Assembly (NCBI GenBank): GCA_950097015.1
Contig: CATNEN010000025.1
Span: 744,001-808,000 of the forward strand
Length of the DNA: 64,000 bases
Origin: Macrostomum hystrix
Lineage: Eukaryota; Animalia; Platyhelminthes
Reading direction: 5' to 3'
Below, in pieces: positions 60,969 through 64,000 of this stretch. Under the pieces are notes generated by a model, which saw only the letters and a program-made list of their open reading frames with translations, did no database searches and was not told the DNA's origin. The first letter of the stretch is position 1; each line of letters starts with the position of its first letter. A program made the translations under genes and the position numbers.

Positions 60969-61259
60969 GCGCAGTTCGTGTTTGGTATGGCAGCATTCGC
61001 TGATGATAAGCGCGGCGATGTCCCAGTTAGATAGCTGCGTGAAGGCAGATGATGAAGTAGACTATGACGTAATAATGCTGCTGGCTCTGGGACTTGGCAT
61101 TTTGCTAGTCGGTGATGTTTTGCTTGACACGATGATACACGCAGTGTGCTGTCGGACTGACGAATATTTTTTTTTATCTACACTTTTCTACCACTGGCTC
61201 CGTTTATTTCGAATTGTTTATGGACTGCTTTCAGTTTCTGCCTTCGTCACTAATCAAAT

Positions 61260-62215
61260 TCCCCATCTCTCTTCTCCCTTTCCATCTCTCTTATCTCTTC
61301 CCCATCTCTCTTCTCTCTTCCCCATCTCTCTTCTCTCTTCCCCATCTCTCTTCTCTCTTCCCCATCTCTCTTCTCTCTTCCCCATCTCTCTTCTCTCTTC
61401 CCCATCTCTCTTCTCTCTTCCCCATCTCTCTTCTCCCTTCACATCTCTCTTATCTCTTCCCCATCTCTCTTCTCTCTTCCCCATCTCTCTTCTCTCTTCC
61501 CCATCTCTCTTCTCTCTTCCCCATCTCTCTTCTCTCTTCCCCATCTCTCTTCTCCCTTCCCATCTCTCTTCTCTCTTCCCCATCTCTCTTCTCTCTTCCC
61601 CATCTCTTTTCTCTCTTCCCCATCTCTCTTCTCTCTTCCCCATCTCTCTTCTCTCTTCCCCATCTCTCTTCTCTCTTCCCTATCTCTCTTCTCTCTTCCC
61701 CATCTCTCTTCTCCCTTCACATCTCTCTTATCTCTTCCCCATCTCTCTTCTCTCTTCCCCATCTCTCTTCTCTCTTCCCCATCTCTCTTCTCTCTTCCCC
61801 ATCTCTCTTCTCCCTTCCCATCTCTCTTCTCTCTTCCCCATCTCTCTTCTCTCTTCCCCATCTCTTTTCTCTCTTCCCCATCTCTCTTCTCTCTTCCCCA
61901 TCTCTCTTCTCTCTTCCCCATCTCTCTTCTCTCTTCCCCATCTCTCTTCTCCCTTCACATCTCTCTTATCTCTTCCCCATCTCTCTTCTCTCTTCCCCAT
62001 CTCTCTTCTCTCTTCCCTATCTCTCTTCTCTCTTCCCCATCTCTCTTCTCCCTTCACATCTCTCTTATCTCTTCCCCATCTCTCTTCTCTCTTCCCCATC
62101 TCTCTTCTCTCTTCCCCATCTCTCTTCTCTCTTCCCCATCTCTCTTATCTCTTCCCCATCTCTCTTATCTCTTCCCCATCTCTCTTCTCGCTTCCTAATC
62201 TCTCTTCTCTCTTCG
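61260..62215. repeat. About 20-bp polypyrimidine array (CCCCATCTCTCTTCTCTCTT)n
   Basis: Read directly, with occasional 19-bp units. Confidence 0.96.
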
Positions 62216-62689
62216 CATTTATATTTCCCATCTCCAGTATGCAATGCAATAAAAGGCCAGGTCTAGTTGGTGGCGGCAACACAGAAGAACTAAAAGAAAC
62301 ACAAGGTCCATTATAATCTTTACAGCGCGAAAGAGAGGAGCATGCCAACACACTCAAGGGAGTCGGATCGGTGTTGCTAACAAGCAGCGGCCTGTTATCA
62401 GTTCGGGACCGGTTAGGAAATTGAGCTAACGATAAATTACTTGACTACAAGCTCTAGTCAAGCCTCCCTCTCCGATCTTGTTCATAGATTATTGCGGCTG
62501 GGACATTTTTTTCTCTGCGGCAGGACAGATGACCGCTTATCTTTTATGGGGCTGCGGCACAGTTCTCCACAGATTACCTGGACAATGACAGCAATGAAGT
62601 CCTGGGAAATTTGAAAAACAGTGAATAGATCTTCTAGATATCTGATCCAATCTACAGAGAGAGATCTGATAGATTTATAGAAAATCGAT

Positions 62690-63025
62690 AGATCTCAGTC
62701 GATAGATCTACTTAGATTCATCTGATAGATCTACGGGAATGATCCGATAGATATTCGGGAATGATCCGATAGATCTACTGGAAATTATCCGATAGATCTA
62801 CAGGAATGATCCGATAGATCTATGGGAATGATCCGATAGATCTACTGGAAATTATCCGATAGATCTTCGGGAATGATCCGATAGATCTACAGGGAATAAT
62901 CCGATAGATCTACGGGAATGATCCGATAGATCTACTGGAAATTATCCGATAGATCTACTGGAAATTATCCGATAGATCTACAGGGAAAGATCCAGTAGAT
63001 GTGCAGGGAAAGATCCAGTAAGATG
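62690..63025. repeat. 22-23 bp array (TCCGATAGATCTACKGGAAWKWA)n with an AGATCT dyad
   Basis: TCCGAT at 62765, 62788 and 62810. Confidence 0.9.
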
Positions 63026-63689
63026 TGCCCTGATCGCAACGACTTGCTTGGAGTCTATGGCTGCATGCACTTCTGCACTGACAGACTCTGTCGCAATGTA
63101 CCCCTAGCAATTGCCATTCCTGTCACCTTATCAGCCTCTCGTTTTTTATAGCTCTGACTAAGCATTTATTATCGCAGTGTAAAAATGTAGATTAGAAAAA
63201 GCATCATTTTCCGTGGCATTCAGTTCACACAAGTTGCTACATGACTATGTTTTAAAAGTACTGATTTGTTCCAATACTTAGTTAGCTGGAAGCTGGATTT
63301 ATGAAATTCTCTGCTTCTCTGCTAGTCTGCTTTGACAAAGCTAATGGCGTTTGATAAAAAAGAAAGAAAACATTTTTTACGCAAGATGTTTGCAATGTTT
63401 GCAATCAATTTACTAGACACAACCAACTGCTGGTTACACAATTTTACAGGCATATTAGTCTGAAATATCATTGCGCTGTCTGATGTCTGCTGTAGTCATT
63501 GATGATCAGCAATGGTTAATAGTTTAGTAATTTCCCATCCATTTTACAGCAGTATTGCAGCTCCGTAGGTTGTTAAAAAGTTAAAAAAGGATACCAAAAT
63601 ATTTTTTAATATCTGTACAGCTAGTATTTATATGTACGCATCATGCTACTTACCTGATAAAATTCGTGATTTTTTTAAGATTCCTGTAA

Positions 63690-63755
63690 CTCCATTGGCC
63701 GCTAAGCTCACAGCCAATGGCAGAGCTGGCAGAGCTGGGTTAAAATATTATAGCG
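63690..63755 (+). promoter_or_regulatory. Putative promoter with two opposed CCAAT boxes and a TATA-like TATTATA
   Basis: ATTGG near 63694, AGCCAATGG at 63712-63720, TATTATA at 63746-63752, ATG at 63824. Confidence 0.4.
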
Positions 63756-63823
63756 CACAAACTGAAAAAGTAGAACAGTAGGGTCAGACGAAGACCAGAT
63801 CCGACAAGCCTGAACCCGGAACA

Positions 63824-64000
63824 ATGCTCGAAATGTGTCAGAGCTCGGCACGGGTTTTGCTCGCCCTTCTAATCTGGCCCTCCATCGCTTCCGCTCTTCT
63901 CTCCGCCCGATTGTCTGGCTCCGTTGTCAGATTCGACATCAACGAAGACGATGGCCGACAGCCGCCACCGTCTGGACGTCGTCGACAAATTGGCCGACTC
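63824..64000 (+). CDS. 5' end of a secreted or membrane protein, possibly protocadherin/cadherin-like (runs off the window)
   Basis: Hand translation MLEMCQSSARVLLALLIWPSIASALLSARLSGSVVRFDINEDDGRQPPPSGRRRQIGRL: hydrophobic signal peptide, then VRFDINED...IGRL resembling the start of a cadherin EC1 (Y.I.EE....IG.L). Absent from the ORF track. Confidence 0.5.
   Translation, partial: MLEMCQSSARVLLALLIWPSIASALLSARLSGSVVRFDINEDDGRQPPPSGRRRQIGRL

Noticed and set aside
60982-62316. 444-aa ORF with a hydrophobic unique N-terminus
   Set aside because: Starts at TTG, most of it is a CT array, and I found no recognisable domain or splice support; the unique 61.0-61.25 kb part remains unassigned.
62440-62462. 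8-bp hairpin CTTGACTA-N7-TAGTCAAG
   Set aside because: A single short stem is expected by chance in 64 kb and has no supporting context.
1-64000. CRISPR-like arrays, telomeric repeats, rRNA, intact tRNA, SL RNA gene, transposase or RT ORFs
   Set aside because: All arrays are head-to-tail without unique spacers and no cas genes are present; no (TTAGGG)n; no recognisable RNA gene or transposase/RT motifs were seen.

Overview
Eukaryotic (animal) genomic DNA: GC-rich spliced exons embedded in AT-rich spacers, with roughly half the window made of 10-36 bp tandem arrays. The style (minisatellite-packed introns, polyQ/polyA-rich GC exons, AG acceptors just before start codons) fits a free-living flatworm such as Macrostomum; this is inference only. 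I reconstructed five conserved multi-exon genes by hand from GT/AG junctions: an SV2-like MFS transporter (-), an AKR1-type aldo-keto reductase (-), and a same-strand run of FAM114A, SMG7 and TANGO1/MIA3 (+). There is also an orphan intronless ORF (15.9-16.6 kb) and the 5' end of a probable secreted, cadherin-like gene at the right edge. Most long ORFs in the ORF track are artefacts of stop-free repeats. The exception and best lead is 58053-60968: 114 exact 24-bp units encoding (QRIAAVTD)n, with no indels, variation concentrated at synonymous sites, and a strong in-phase splice acceptor but no Met. It looks like a hidden coding repeat exon, possibly initiated by a spliced-leader AUG or spliced onto TANGO1. 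Other leads: a complete 281-bp MITE with 14-bp TIRs and an 8-bp TSD, a four-copy dispersed element with a palindromic core and a nearby tRNA-like head, an operon-like gene run, and six unrelated arrays that all have a 22-23 bp unit. No CRISPR array, rRNA, intact tRNA or transposase was found.
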